This document shows, piece by piece, positions 16,984 through 25,502 of a stretch of DNA of 64,000 nucleotides (positions are counted from its first letter, which is position 1; every line of letters starts with the position of its first letter). The notes below the pieces were generated by a model. That model was not told the origin of the DNA and made no database searches. It worked only from the letters and a program-made list of their open reading frames with translations. The position numbers and the translations under genes were made by a program. The DNA is from Methanobacteriota archaeon. GTDB taxonomy: Bacteria; Myxococcota; UBA727; JABDBI01. The DNA lies in contig JABDBI010000006.1 of assembly GCA_013288705.1 (NCBI GenBank), forward strand, positions 9,078-73,077, in the 5' to 3' direction.

Positions 16984-18394
16984 TTGGCTGCAGCGCTGCT
17001 TTGACTTTTTTGATGATGTAGCCTTCAGCCAGCGGCAAAATAGTGCGCAGACCTGGATCTTTATCTTCGTCCACCATTCTTCTCAAATTTTGTTTATCGT
17101 CATCGGTGAGCGTTGCATACTTTTGCAATTCTGGTCTCATGTTGTCGATATAGCCCTGAACAAATACTTCCATCACGAGTCGGAATTTGTCGTCGGGCTC
17201 AAAGCCATGGAAGTAAAATATGTCGAATCTTTTTCTCTGCGCTTCGTCGATTATATCGAAATTTCCCGTTGCAATGATGATCAAATTAGAAATATCGATC
17301 TGAGTATTGAAATAAGGATGGTCAAGCTCTTTGGTTTCTGGATCAGCCAATAAAAGCATATACGCCTTCAGCGGATTGTCTTTGTCATCACTATTCAGGA
17401 CACGATCCACATCATCCAGGATCAGTACCTTGTTCATGACCGATGGTTGATTTCCGCCTCTTCCCATAATGGCGTCAGCAATAAGGCCTGGATCACCATG
17501 TCCCCATCCTTCGCGGGTACCTGTCAATTTCTCGACGCCTCTTTGACCGCCGGTTGCTTCCGCAAGCGATATCAGCGTGTGGGGCAACTTCAAGCTTTTA
17601 GCAATCAATTTAGCAGCCTCGGATTTGCCCGTGCCTGGGGGGCCTTGAAAATAGGCAATCCGCTTTTTGCCGGGGTTTCTTGAAAATTCGCTAGGCTGGG
17701 AGATGTAGCGGTTTAAACAGTAATCTGTGAGCGCTTCGGTTATATTTTTTGGATAGTACCGAAGGTTATTTGCAATGAGCTGGGGATCGTAGTCAATAAC
17801 CTGATTGCGCGTTGGCAAAGAAAGAGCGGCCTTGATGAAGATCTCGCAAGTTGCCTTTGTGTAATCGTTGCGGCAGTCCGTCGTCAATTTGCGTTCAATA
17901 GTAGTTCTTAAGGAAGGATCTCGGATTGCGCGCTTCTTTTTGATATAGGCGATTTCAAGTTCTTCCAAAGGATCAGGTTTGCGATTTAGCTGAATCTCAT
18001 TGAAGCACTGCCAAGATTTTTCTAAGACATTCCCCAGCGATTCAAGCGCCTGCGTGGCAGCAGCAACAAGGGTCGCACCTGCGATCATTTGATTGTTGAT
18101 GTAGTGGCATCCTGCGTAGGCAGCTCCACCGCACATGAGGATTTTGGTGCCTGCAGTTCCCGCAGCATTGAGTAGTGCTTGTTGGCATCGCGTCCAAAGC
18201 AGCGACTTTTTTCTTGATAAAAACTCCGCAACCACAGCATCATCGGTGGGTTTCTCACCGAGAGAGGATTGGTCGTAGAGATAATTTGGGTCAAATGTTC
18301 TTTCAACACCGTCGAGAATATTGCTGTAATTAGCAAGTGCGAAATTGGATTGAAATGCAAACATTAAAAATATAATGATGAATCGAAATTTCAT
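16940..18394 (-). CDS. Lon-type AAA+ ATPase module with N-terminal signal peptide/anchor, no protease domain
   Basis: MKFRFIIIFLMFAFQSNFALA; GPPGTGKSEAAKLIAKSL Walker A, VLILDDVDRV Walker B, IIIATGN sensor-1; segment order mirrors the Lon AAA+ module; ATG 18394 overlaps hutG stop (ATGA). Confidence 0.65.
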   Translation of the reverse strand: MKFRFIIIFLMFAFQSNFALANYSNILDGVERTFDPNYLYDQSSLGEKPTDDAVVAEFLSRKKSLLWTRCQQALLNAAGTAGTKILMCGGAAYAGCHYINNQMIAGATLVAAATQALESLGNVLEKSWQCFNEIQLNRKPDPLEELEIAYIKKKRAIRDPSLRTTIERKLTTDCRNDYTKATCEIFIKAALSLPTRNQVIDYDPQLIANNLRYYPKNITEALTDYCLNRYISQPSEFSRNPGKKRIAYFQGPPGTGKSEAAKLIAKSLKLPHTLISLAEATGGQRGVEKLTGTREGWGHGDPGLIADAIMGRGGNQPSVMNKVLILDDVDRVLNSDDKDNPLKAYMLLLADPETKELDHPYFNTQIDISNLIIIATGNFDIIDEAQRKRFDIFYFHGFEPDDKFRLVMEVFVQGYIDNMRPELQKYATLTDDDKQNLRRMVDEDKDPGLRTILPLAEGYIIKKVKAALQPNVGSSNNNPCEKNT

Positions 18395-19347
18395 GAATAC
18401 GCCCATAAAAATGAAAATAACATTGCCGCAGCCAAGCGCGCTGTCATATCACCTTGATCATACTTTGGCGAGAGTTCAGCAATATCAAAACCAATCACTT
18501 TGCCTGATTGAGCAAGCTCTTTGATTAGTGGTGCAACATGCATTGGATAAAGCCCCAGCGGCTGTGGTGCGCTCACCCCAGGTGCGAAAGCGGCGGCAAA
18601 AACATCCATGCAAAGAGTGACGTACACAGCATCGTGATTTTTTAAGACGTTTTGAATGGCTTTATGACACGCTTTGCTTCCCTGTGCATGAATCGCGTCG
18701 GCCATGACATAGTTGACATCAAGCCGCTTGGCTTGTTCAAAAAGCGCTGTGGTATTGCTTCCTTCTTGAATGCCCAAGCAAGTATAGGAGAAGTCTTTTC
18801 CTACAGATTTGCAGTGCTCTGCAATTTGCAAAAAAGATGTTCCTGAAGAACCTTTTTGTTGCGGCAGAAGAGGTCTTAGATCGAAATGCGCATCGAAGTT
18901 CACAATTGCGCAAGAAAGATCGGGCCTGGCTTTCGCAATACCTTGGTAGTGACCAAAGGCAACTTCATGTCCACCACCAAAGACGATGGGAAGGACATTG
19001 CTTGCGTGCAAGTGGGCAATAACTTCGCCCAGTCGTGCTTGCGATCTTTCTAAATCTCCATCAATGCCGCGCACTGTGCCGACGTCATAGAATTCCATTT
19101 TGCGGTGCAAATGCAGCGGCATGTTGGCCGCAGCCCGGCGTATAGCATCTGGCCCTTCTGCTGCGCCTAAACGACCTTGGTTGCGCTTCACACCTTCATC
19201 ACAGGCAAAGCCAACGAAAGCGATTGCACGTGCTTCATGAGAACGCTTCAAGCGAGACAGCTCTGTACACTGCACCAGTTGATGTAATCGCGGCCCATCA
19301 TCTCGGCCTTGCCATAAGTCAGGAAGGGTTGGTGTTAAGTCAGTCAT
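18391..19347 (-). CDS. hutG: Formimidoylglutamase (arginase family)
   Basis: WQGRDD, FACDEGVKRNQGRLGAAEGP, GGGHEVAFG, NFDAHFDLR, SSGTSF, LCMDVF, FDIAELSP. Confidence 0.8.
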   Translation of the reverse strand: MTDLTPTLPDLWQGRDDGPRLHQLVQCTELSRLKRSHEARAIAFVGFACDEGVKRNQGRLGAAEGPDAIRRAAANMPLHLHRKMEFYDVGTVRGIDGDLERSQARLGEVIAHLHASNVLPIVFGGGHEVAFGHYQGIAKARPDLSCAIVNFDAHFDLRPLLPQQKGSSGTSFLQIAEHCKSVGKDFSYTCLGIQEGSNTTALFEQAKRLDVNYVMADAIHAQGSKACHKAIQNVLKNHDAVYVTLCMDVFAAAFAPGVSAPQPLGLYPMHVAPLIKELAQSGKVIGFDIAELSPKYDQGDMTARLAAAMLFSFLWAYS

Positions 19348-19531
19348 ATCCCATCATTGACAGGTCGTTTATAAATCGTCAAAGTGCGGGCATGAAAACG
19401 GCCTTCCTAAACCCACCCCCTCCACAGCCTCGCAAGCGGCAGGGACGCCTTTTCACTTAATTCAAAACTATTCGTTCCCTGTCGCGACAAATCCCCCAGA
19501 AGGAATTTTTTCGTGGTTGAAGGAGCGATAG

Positions 19532-20827
19532 ATGGTTTCCCAAGAGAACAATTTGAAGTCTGCCTCGGCTTACCTTGCTTGGTTTGCAGCGGCCCTGTTT
19601 TACTACTACCAATACATTTTGCGTGTGTCTCCGGGCGTCATGGTGACCGAGTTGCGCGCGGAATTTCACATGACCGCCGAGCAGTTTTCATCGCTTGGTG
19701 CATTGTATTTGTATGCCTACTCACTGTTGCAGATTCCTCTCGGTATTTTGATCGACCGCATCGGCGTGCGGCGCACGGTGCTAGGCTCTGTAGCGCTATG
19801 CACCTTGGGCACGCTGATGCTCGCGTGGTCCGAGAGCCTGCTGGGCGCGCAGCTGAGCCGCATATGTATTGGCGCAGGTTCAGCGGGCGCATTTATGTCG
19901 GCTCTTAAGATCGCAGCAGACTGGCTGCCCGAGGGTAAGCGCGGCCTGCTGATGGGCACTACCCTCACGCTTGGTACTATCGGTGCACTGACAGCAGGGA
20001 AACCACTTGTGTGGTTCATTGATTCTATTGGGTGGCGCAGCACTGTTGTAGGTACGGCAATGGTCGGTGTGTTGGTCTTAATATTGGTGCTGGTTCTTTT
20101 GCGTTTGCCAACGAAGCGTCAACGCGAGGCACCAAAAGTGAAATGGGCCGACATTGGGAAAAGCGTTTGGCAAATCGTGCGCAATCGACGCGTCATGATC
20201 TACGCCGTGTTAGCAATCGGAGTCTACACACCGCTATCGGTGCTGGCTGATTTATGGGGCACTGCTTTCTTAATGCAAAAGTTTCAACTGACGCGTGCTG
20301 ACGCTGCGCAAACATCCATGATGATGTATTTTGGGTTAGCCATTGGCAGTTTGCTGCTCCCCTGGCTGTGCGAGAAATGGAACATGCTCGACCAAGCGAT
20401 CAAGCTATGTGGCTTTGGCATCTTTATTGTGTTTGGATTCATATTATTTGGGCCAAATGTTGGCATCGGGGGGTTGACGGCACTTCTCATTCTGCTTGGC
20501 ATTTTTTGCGGGGCAGAGATGATGTGCTTTACAGGTGCTGTGCGCTACACGACGCCAGAAACCTCTGGGATGACGCTTGGCGTTGTAAACACGCTCAACA
20601 TGTTGGGCGGTGCAATACTGCAACAAGCCATCGGCTTTTTGCTCGATGTTCGGTGGAGTGGTCAGTCTGATGCAGCAGGCGTACGGATTTATCAGACTCA
20701 CGAGTTTGTTGTGGCGCTGTCACTCTTGCTTGTGGTGGTGGCGAGTTGCTGTCTGATTTCGCTCACGTCCCACTTTCAGCCACTAACGCCGGCAACGGAA
20801 GATGAGGCCAAGCACAAGGCCACTTAG
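19532..20827 (+). CDS. MFS transporter
   Basis: ~12 predicted TM segments; GILIDRIGVRRT loop 2-3 motif. Confidence 0.8.
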   Translation: MVSQENNLKSASAYLAWFAAALFYYYQYILRVSPGVMVTELRAEFHMTAEQFSSLGALYLYAYSLLQIPLGILIDRIGVRRTVLGSVALCTLGTLMLAWSESLLGAQLSRICIGAGSAGAFMSALKIAADWLPEGKRGLLMGTTLTLGTIGALTAGKPLVWFIDSIGWRSTVVGTAMVGVLVLILVLVLLRLPTKRQREAPKVKWADIGKSVWQIVRNRRVMIYAVLAIGVYTPLSVLADLWGTAFLMQKFQLTRADAAQTSMMMYFGLAIGSLLLPWLCEKWNMLDQAIKLCGFGIFIVFGFILFGPNVGIGGLTALLILLGIFCGAEMMCFTGAVRYTTPETSGMTLGVVNTLNMLGGAILQQAIGFLLDVRWSGQSDAAGVRIYQTHEFVVALSLLLVVVASCCLISLTSHFQPLTPATEDEAKHKAT

Positions 20828-20903
20828 CGCTACGCCGCCTGATTATATATATTTATTCTATTTAATGTAGATATTCTACAGCTGATTGTATTAAAATCTA
20901 AAG

Positions 20904-21491
20904 ATGGCAACTAAAAATGAACAAAAGAAAATGGAATTCAGTTCTGGTTCAATTTTTTTTGGTGCACTGATTGGTGTCGGTTTCTTGATTACGCTTAGTG
21001 TTTTCGGTGTTGCCGTTGGCATCAGCGCGTGGCCTGAAGGGAGTAAACTTCCGTCGGGCGATTTCCTTGCGTTTCTGGCTATTTTGTCGGTCATTGTTTT
21101 GACGTTGGCATTTTTTATCGCTGGATTCATTGCATCGAAAGTGTCCCACCAGCAACTCCGTTTTGATTCCGTGATTCACAGCTTGGGGACATGGGCGCTG
21201 ATGGCGTTCTTTCTGATGATATTGGTGTCACTGGGTGCAGTTGCAGAGGGCGTGCAACGCGGTTTTAGCGGCGTCAACCCACCTCGCATGATGACTGACG
21301 TGCACGTATCGAAAGCAACAGCAGTGACTACCATCAAAAGTGGGGGCGAAAAAAGTGCTCCAACGCCAAGCGATAAGCAAAAAGATAAGATCATTCTACT
21401 TGCATGGTGGGTCTATTTCGCATCTCTATTATGCGGCTCAGGCACGTCTGTGGCGGGTGGCTTGTTGGGAAGACAAAAATTTTCTCGCTGA
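20904..21491 (+). CDS. Hypothetical membrane protein
   Basis: Four or more hydrophobic segments; AT-rich promoter-like region upstream. Confidence 0.5.
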   Translation: MATKNEQKKMEFSSGSIFFGALIGVGFLITLSVFGVAVGISAWPEGSKLPSGDFLAFLAILSVIVLTLAFFIAGFIASKVSHQQLRFDSVIHSLGTWALMAFFLMILVSLGAVAEGVQRGFSGVNPPRMMTDVHVSKATAVTTIKSGGEKSAPTPSDKQKDKIILLAWWVYFASLLCGSGTSVAGGLLGRQKFSR

Positions 21492-21528
21492 GTGAGTTTG
21501 CTTCTCCTTTGCGTGGTATAGTTGGTAA

Positions 21529-22005
21529 ATGAAAAACTGGAAAGTAAACTTGGTTCGATATGTTTCATTGATGTTTGCAATCAGCGCGGTTCTTGTTGCT
21601 GTTAATTGCGCACAAGTTCAAAAAAAGAGCGCAGCGAAGACGTCTCATGCAGCATCCCATTCCGCGTCTCATGGCTGTAATGCAGCCGATGTGAAAGTGG
21701 CCATTCATAAGCACAACAGCAAGTTCAAAAACCAGATGGATGGCTGTGCGAGTGGCGCAATGGGCAATGTGGATAGCACTGCCGCGTGTCTCAAGAAGGT
21801 TTATCCAACTTTGAGCGAAGGGTGCGCGAATTGTTTTGGTGAGATGGCGGGATGCTCCGCAAGTAACTGCACTGGGAAATGCATATTTAACCATTTCAGT
21901 GAAGGTTGTGTCGCGTGCGTGAAAGATTCCTGCTGGCGCACGCAGCAGGGCGGTGGGTTTAGCTTGGTCGCATGCACTGGGCTTAGTCTTGACAAACTGC
22001 CATAG
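21529..22005 (+). CDS. Hypothetical Cys-rich secreted protein
   Basis: Signal/anchor VSLMFAISAVLVAVNCA; 12 Cys including CANCFGEMAGCSASNCTGKC. Confidence 0.5.
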   Translation: MKNWKVNLVRYVSLMFAISAVLVAVNCAQVQKKSAAKTSHAASHSASHGCNAADVKVAIHKHNSKFKNQMDGCASGAMGNVDSTAACLKKVYPTLSEGCANCFGEMAGCSASNCTGKCIFNHFSEGCVACVKDSCWRTQQGGGFSLVACTGLSLDKLP

Positions 22006-22014
22006 GGGGACGCT

Positions 22015-22173
22015 ATGTTAATGTGGGTTTTGATTTTTCTGGTCATTGCCCTTTTTGCAGGCGGACTGGGTTTTACAGGCATCGCTGGTGCGGCCACGGG
22101 AATTGCGAAGGTGATTTTTTTCATCTTCGTGGTGCTATTTATCGGTTCCTTGGTCATGCATTTTATTCGATGA
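22015..22173 (+). CDS. DUF1328 (UPF0391/YtjA-like) small membrane protein, 52 aa, below the ORF-track cutoff
   Basis: Translated by hand: [52 protein letters not shown], the typical [12 protein letters not shown] pattern. Confidence 0.75.
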   Translation: MLMWVLIFLVIALFAGGLGFTGIAGAATGIAKVIFFIFVVLFIGSLVMHFIR

Positions 22174-22303
22174 CATTTTCGCACAAATAAAAATAATTTT
22201 GGCAAACATTTGCTTTGATGTCTAACCTTGCTCTAAGATTCATTGGAAGGGACAAATTATGGCAAAAAAGTTGCGTCCAGCGCGGAAAGAGAGGGGAAAC
22301 GGT

Positions 22304-24784
22304 ATGAGAATTTATAGCATGTTTTTTATGAGCCTATTTCTGGCTGTTTCTATAGCCGAATGCGGTAGTAGCTGCACAGGGGGGGCTGGTAGCAGCCTAG
22401 GAGGACTTTCTGGCACCACTGGCACCGCCCCAACCGTGACGTTGACAGTCCCCGCCCCTGGCGAAACACCGGTACCAATCAATAGGAAAATTGTTGCAAC
22501 CTTTAGTCAGGCGATGGACCCTACAACGATCAACGCAACGACCTTTACCTTAATGGCGGGGTCAACACCCGTGCAGGGCACTGTCACTGTTGTTGCCGGC
22601 GTAACGTCCCTGGGCAGTGTTGCGACCTTCACACCCACAAGCAATCTCGCAGTCAGCACCAAATATACCGTGACTATCACGACCGGAGCCAAAAACCTGG
22701 CAGGCAATGCATTGGCTGCTGATTTTGTGTGGAGCTTTACAACGGGTTCAACGACGGACACAACCGCTCCAACCGTGAGTTCTACATACCCTGGCATTGG
22801 TGTCACCGGTGCGTTCATCAACGGGAAGGTTATCGCAACTTTCAGCAAGGCGATGGACCCTGCAACGATCAACGCGACGACGTTTACCTTAATGCAGGGG
22901 TCAACACCCGTTGTGGGCACTGTGGCATGGGCGGGCCTCATTGCGACGTTTACACCAACAAGCAATCTCGCAGTCAGTAGCAAATATACTGCGACAATCA
23001 CAACCGGGGCCAAAGATCTCGCCGGCAATGCGTTGGCTGCCAATTTCGTATGGAGCTTCACAACTGCAGGCGCATCTGGCAGTGGTCCTGGGGGAGGGCC
23101 AACAGATACCACTGCTCCTACCGTGAGTTCGGCTGTCCCCGTCGTGGGTGCCACCAACGTGGCGACCAACTCGCACATCACTGCTGCTTTTAGTAAAGCG
23201 ATGGATCCGCTCACTATCAGCACCAGCACTTTTTTGGTAGCGTGCCCAACCGGAACACCCATTGCAGGCACTGTGAGCTATGCGGTGAGCGGCACTATTG
23301 CAACCTTTATCCCAACGAGTAATCTCCCCGCGACCACGGTCTGCACAGTGACGATTACGTCGGGGGTCAAAGACACTGCAGGCAACGCATTGGCCAGCCC
23401 CTTTAGCTGGACCTTCACGACCGCTGCGGGACCCGATATCACCCCCCCGACCGTGACTTTGACGGCTCCTGTAGCGGGAGCCACCGGTGTGGCGTTGAAC
23501 TCGCTTATCACCACCACGTTCAGTGAATCAATGGATCCTCTCACCATTACCACTGCCACTGTTTTGCTGGCGTGTCCCGCGGGAACAGCTGTTGCTGGCA
23601 CTGTGGGCTACGCGGTGAGCGGCAACAAAGCGACCTTTACACCGACGAGTTCTCTCCCCGCCAGCACGGTCTGCACGGGTACGATCACGACGGGCGTCAA
23701 GGACTTGGCGGGCAATGCATTGGCCAGTCCCTTTACCTGGACCTTTACGACGGGCACAGCTCCTGGCAGTTCGCATCCCACCGTGAGCTCCGTGGTTCCT
23801 CTTGCGGCTGCCATCAATGTGGCGCGGAACCCGCTTATCGCCGCCACGTTCAGCACGGCGATGGACCCGCTCACCATCACCACCGGCACCTACTCGCTGG
23901 CATGTCCTACCGGAACACCCGTTGCGGGCACCATAAGCTTCTCGGGAGCCGGCACCGTCGCGACCTTTACCCCGACGGCCACTCTTCCCGCCAGCACGGT
24001 CTGCACGGGTACGATCACGACAGGCGTCAAGGATACCTCCGGCAATGCCATGGTCAGTCCTTTTACTTGGAGCTTCACAACCGGCACAACTACGACGTCA
24101 TCTCGGGCGAAGGTAAACCTCCTTTCATCTGAGCCTTTTGCTATTCTAACAAAAACGGGAGTTACGGACGTTCCTGCATCTCCCATCACAGGATACGTTG
24201 GAGCTAGTCCAATCACGGGTGCTGCTATTCTTGTAACGTGCGCAGAAGTGAACGGAGGCGTAGTGCCAAACATATACGCCGTCGATGCGGCTGGTCCTGC
24301 TCCATGTAGTTTAGGCGGTGGCGCAAACAAAACATTGGTAGATAACGCTGTAGCTGACATGGTAACCGCGTATGGTGATGCTCAGGGACGGACATTACCT
24401 GATGCTACAGAACTGGGCGCTGGAGAGATTGGCGGGCTAACCATCGTCCCTGGCCTCTTCAAATGGAGCACCGATGTGAATATATCAACAAGTGTCACGT
24501 TATCAGGTAGCGCAACTGATGTCTGGATCTTCCAGATCTCGGGAGATCTTATCATGGCGCCCGGCGTGAGCGTGATCCTGGCAGGTGGTGCAAGCGCCAG
24601 CAATGTCTTCTGGCAGGTCGCTGGGCTTACTGGAGCGACCTTGAATACGACCGCGCACATGGAGGGAACGATACTGTCTGCTAAACAGGTCATTCTGCGT
24701 ACCGGCGCATCGGCGAACAGCAGATTGATGGCACAGACTCAGGTTGTTCTTGACCATAATACGGTTGTAAAACCTGCTCCCTAA
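22304..24784 (+). CDS. Large secreted protein: five tandem SbsA/Big_5-type Ig-like domains plus C-terminal DUF3494 (ice-binding-like) beta-helix
   Basis: Five ~95-110-aa repeats (APTVSS..ATFSKAMDP.TI...TF.L..G.PV.GTV....ATFTPTSNL...T.Y..TITTG.KDLAGNAL...F.WSFTT); C-terminus FAILTKTGVTDVPASPITGYVGASPITG ... NVFWQVAG..TLNTTAHMEGTILSAKQVILRTGA is DUF3494-like. Confidence 0.7.
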   Translation: MRIYSMFFMSLFLAVSIAECGSSCTGGAGSSLGGLSGTTGTAPTVTLTVPAPGETPVPINRKIVATFSQAMDPTTINATTFTLMAGSTPVQGTVTVVAGVTSLGSVATFTPTSNLAVSTKYTVTITTGAKNLAGNALAADFVWSFTTGSTTDTTAPTVSSTYPGIGVTGAFINGKVIATFSKAMDPATINATTFTLMQGSTPVVGTVAWAGLIATFTPTSNLAVSSKYTATITTGAKDLAGNALAANFVWSFTTAGASGSGPGGGPTDTTAPTVSSAVPVVGATNVATNSHITAAFSKAMDPLTISTSTFLVACPTGTPIAGTVSYAVSGTIATFIPTSNLPATTVCTVTITSGVKDTAGNALASPFSWTFTTAAGPDITPPTVTLTAPVAGATGVALNSLITTTFSESMDPLTITTATVLLACPAGTAVAGTVGYAVSGNKATFTPTSSLPASTVCTGTITTGVKDLAGNALASPFTWTFTTGTAPGSSHPTVSSVVPLAAAINVARNPLIAATFSTAMDPLTITTGTYSLACPTGTPVAGTISFSGAGTVATFTPTATLPASTVCTGTITTGVKDTSGNAMVSPFTWSFTTGTTTTSSRAKVNLLSSEPFAILTKTGVTDVPASPITGYVGASPITGAAILVTCAEVNGGVVPNIYAVDAAGPAPCSLGGGANKTLVDNAVADMVTAYGDAQGRTLPDATELGAGEIGGLTIVPGLFKWSTDVNISTSVTLSGSATDVWIFQISGDLIMAPGVSVILAGGASASNVFWQVAGLTGATLNTTAHMEGTILSAKQVILRTGASANSRLMAQTQVVLDHNTVVKPAP
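22427..24105 (+). repeat. Five divergent tandem coding repeats (~290-330 nt each) encoding the Ig-like domains
   Basis: Repeated protein blocks starting at APTVTLTV, APTVSSTY, APTVSSAV, PPTVTLTA, HPTVSSVV. Confidence 0.8.
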
Positions 24785-24792
24785 GGCATATG

Positions 24793-24811
24793 GATCCGCC
24801 TTAGGCGGATC
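24793..24811 (+). terminator. Short hairpin just after the stop of the Big_5/DUF3494 gene
   Basis: gatccgcc tta ggcggatc, 8-bp stem; no U-tract. Confidence 0.35.
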
Positions 24812-24833
24812 GATATGCTTAGGATAACAAACT

Positions 24834-24869
24834 GGACCTTCCCGTTTTTTGCAAAATACGGGGAGGTCC
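24834..24869 (+). terminator. Hairpin (11-bp stem incl. one G-U) in the intergenic region
   Basis: ggaccttcccg / ttttttgcaaaata / cggggaggtcc. Confidence 0.4.
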
Positions 24870-24962
24870 AATGCTATTAAGTACCCCCAAATTTTAAAAA
24901 TTTGACTTTCATATTCTTCCCGTGCTTAACATGGCGACGACAAAAACGGGAAATGTGAAGAA

Positions 24963-25502
24963 ATGTTGAACTTAAGTCAAACTCATCCAAATCGGATTAC
25001 CGTCGCTGCGATCTCTTTTTTTCTCTCATTTTGTTTGCAAGCACACGCTGCGCAGCCCGAAATGTGCCTAGAAAAACCGGAAGTTATCAGCGAGCGGCTC
25101 GCGCAAGCTGATGACGAATCGGGTGTCGGGCAAAACAACCAAAATGGCGGTAGCCAGGGCGGTGGCAATCAAGGTGGCAACGACCAAGGAGGAAACGGGT
25201 TCGGTGGTAGCGAATTTGGCGGTGGAGGGTTTGGTATCCAGAAGTATAACTCACAAAGCATCGATTTTTACGCTGGAAATGGAGGCAACTACGAATTTGG
25301 CAGCGGCCAAGGAGGATCTGATATCTCGCTGGGTGGTGGCGAAGAGGGGAGCAGCGGTGGTGGTAGCGCAGGCCAAGGCGGTGGCAACAACAACGGTAAC
25401 GGCGACCTATCCACAATGAGTTCATTAACCGCTGCAGGCGCGATAGACCTAGAAGATTTTAGCGGTCTCTCCGCTGGAGGTCTTGCTATTAGCCCGAGCT
25501 GA
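24963..25502 (+). CDS. Secreted Gly/Asn/Gln-rich low-complexity protein
   Basis: Signal peptide (VAAISFFLSFCLQAHA); QNNQNGGSQGGGNQGGNDQGGNGFGGSEFGGGGFG ... GGGNNNGNG. Confidence 0.5.
   Translation: MLNLSQTHPNRITVAAISFFLSFCLQAHAAQPEMCLEKPEVISERLAQADDESGVGQNNQNGGSQGGGNQGGNDQGGNGFGGSEFGGGGFGIQKYNSQSIDFYAGNGGNYEFGSGQGGSDISLGGGEEGSSGGGSAGQGGGNNNGNGDLSTMSSLTAAGAIDLEDFSGLSAGGLAISPS

Noticed and set aside
22427-24105. Tandem repeats considered as a CRISPR array or satellite
   Set aside because: The units are about 290-330 nt, divergent, in frame, and encode Ig-like domains. There is no short repeat/spacer architecture.
22507-24693. Several 90-250-aa antisense or alternate-frame ORFs inside the Big_5/DUF3494 gene
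   Set aside because: These are shadow ORFs typical of GC-rich third-position-biased repeats. Only the plus frame gives domain-like, repeat-consistent protein sequence.
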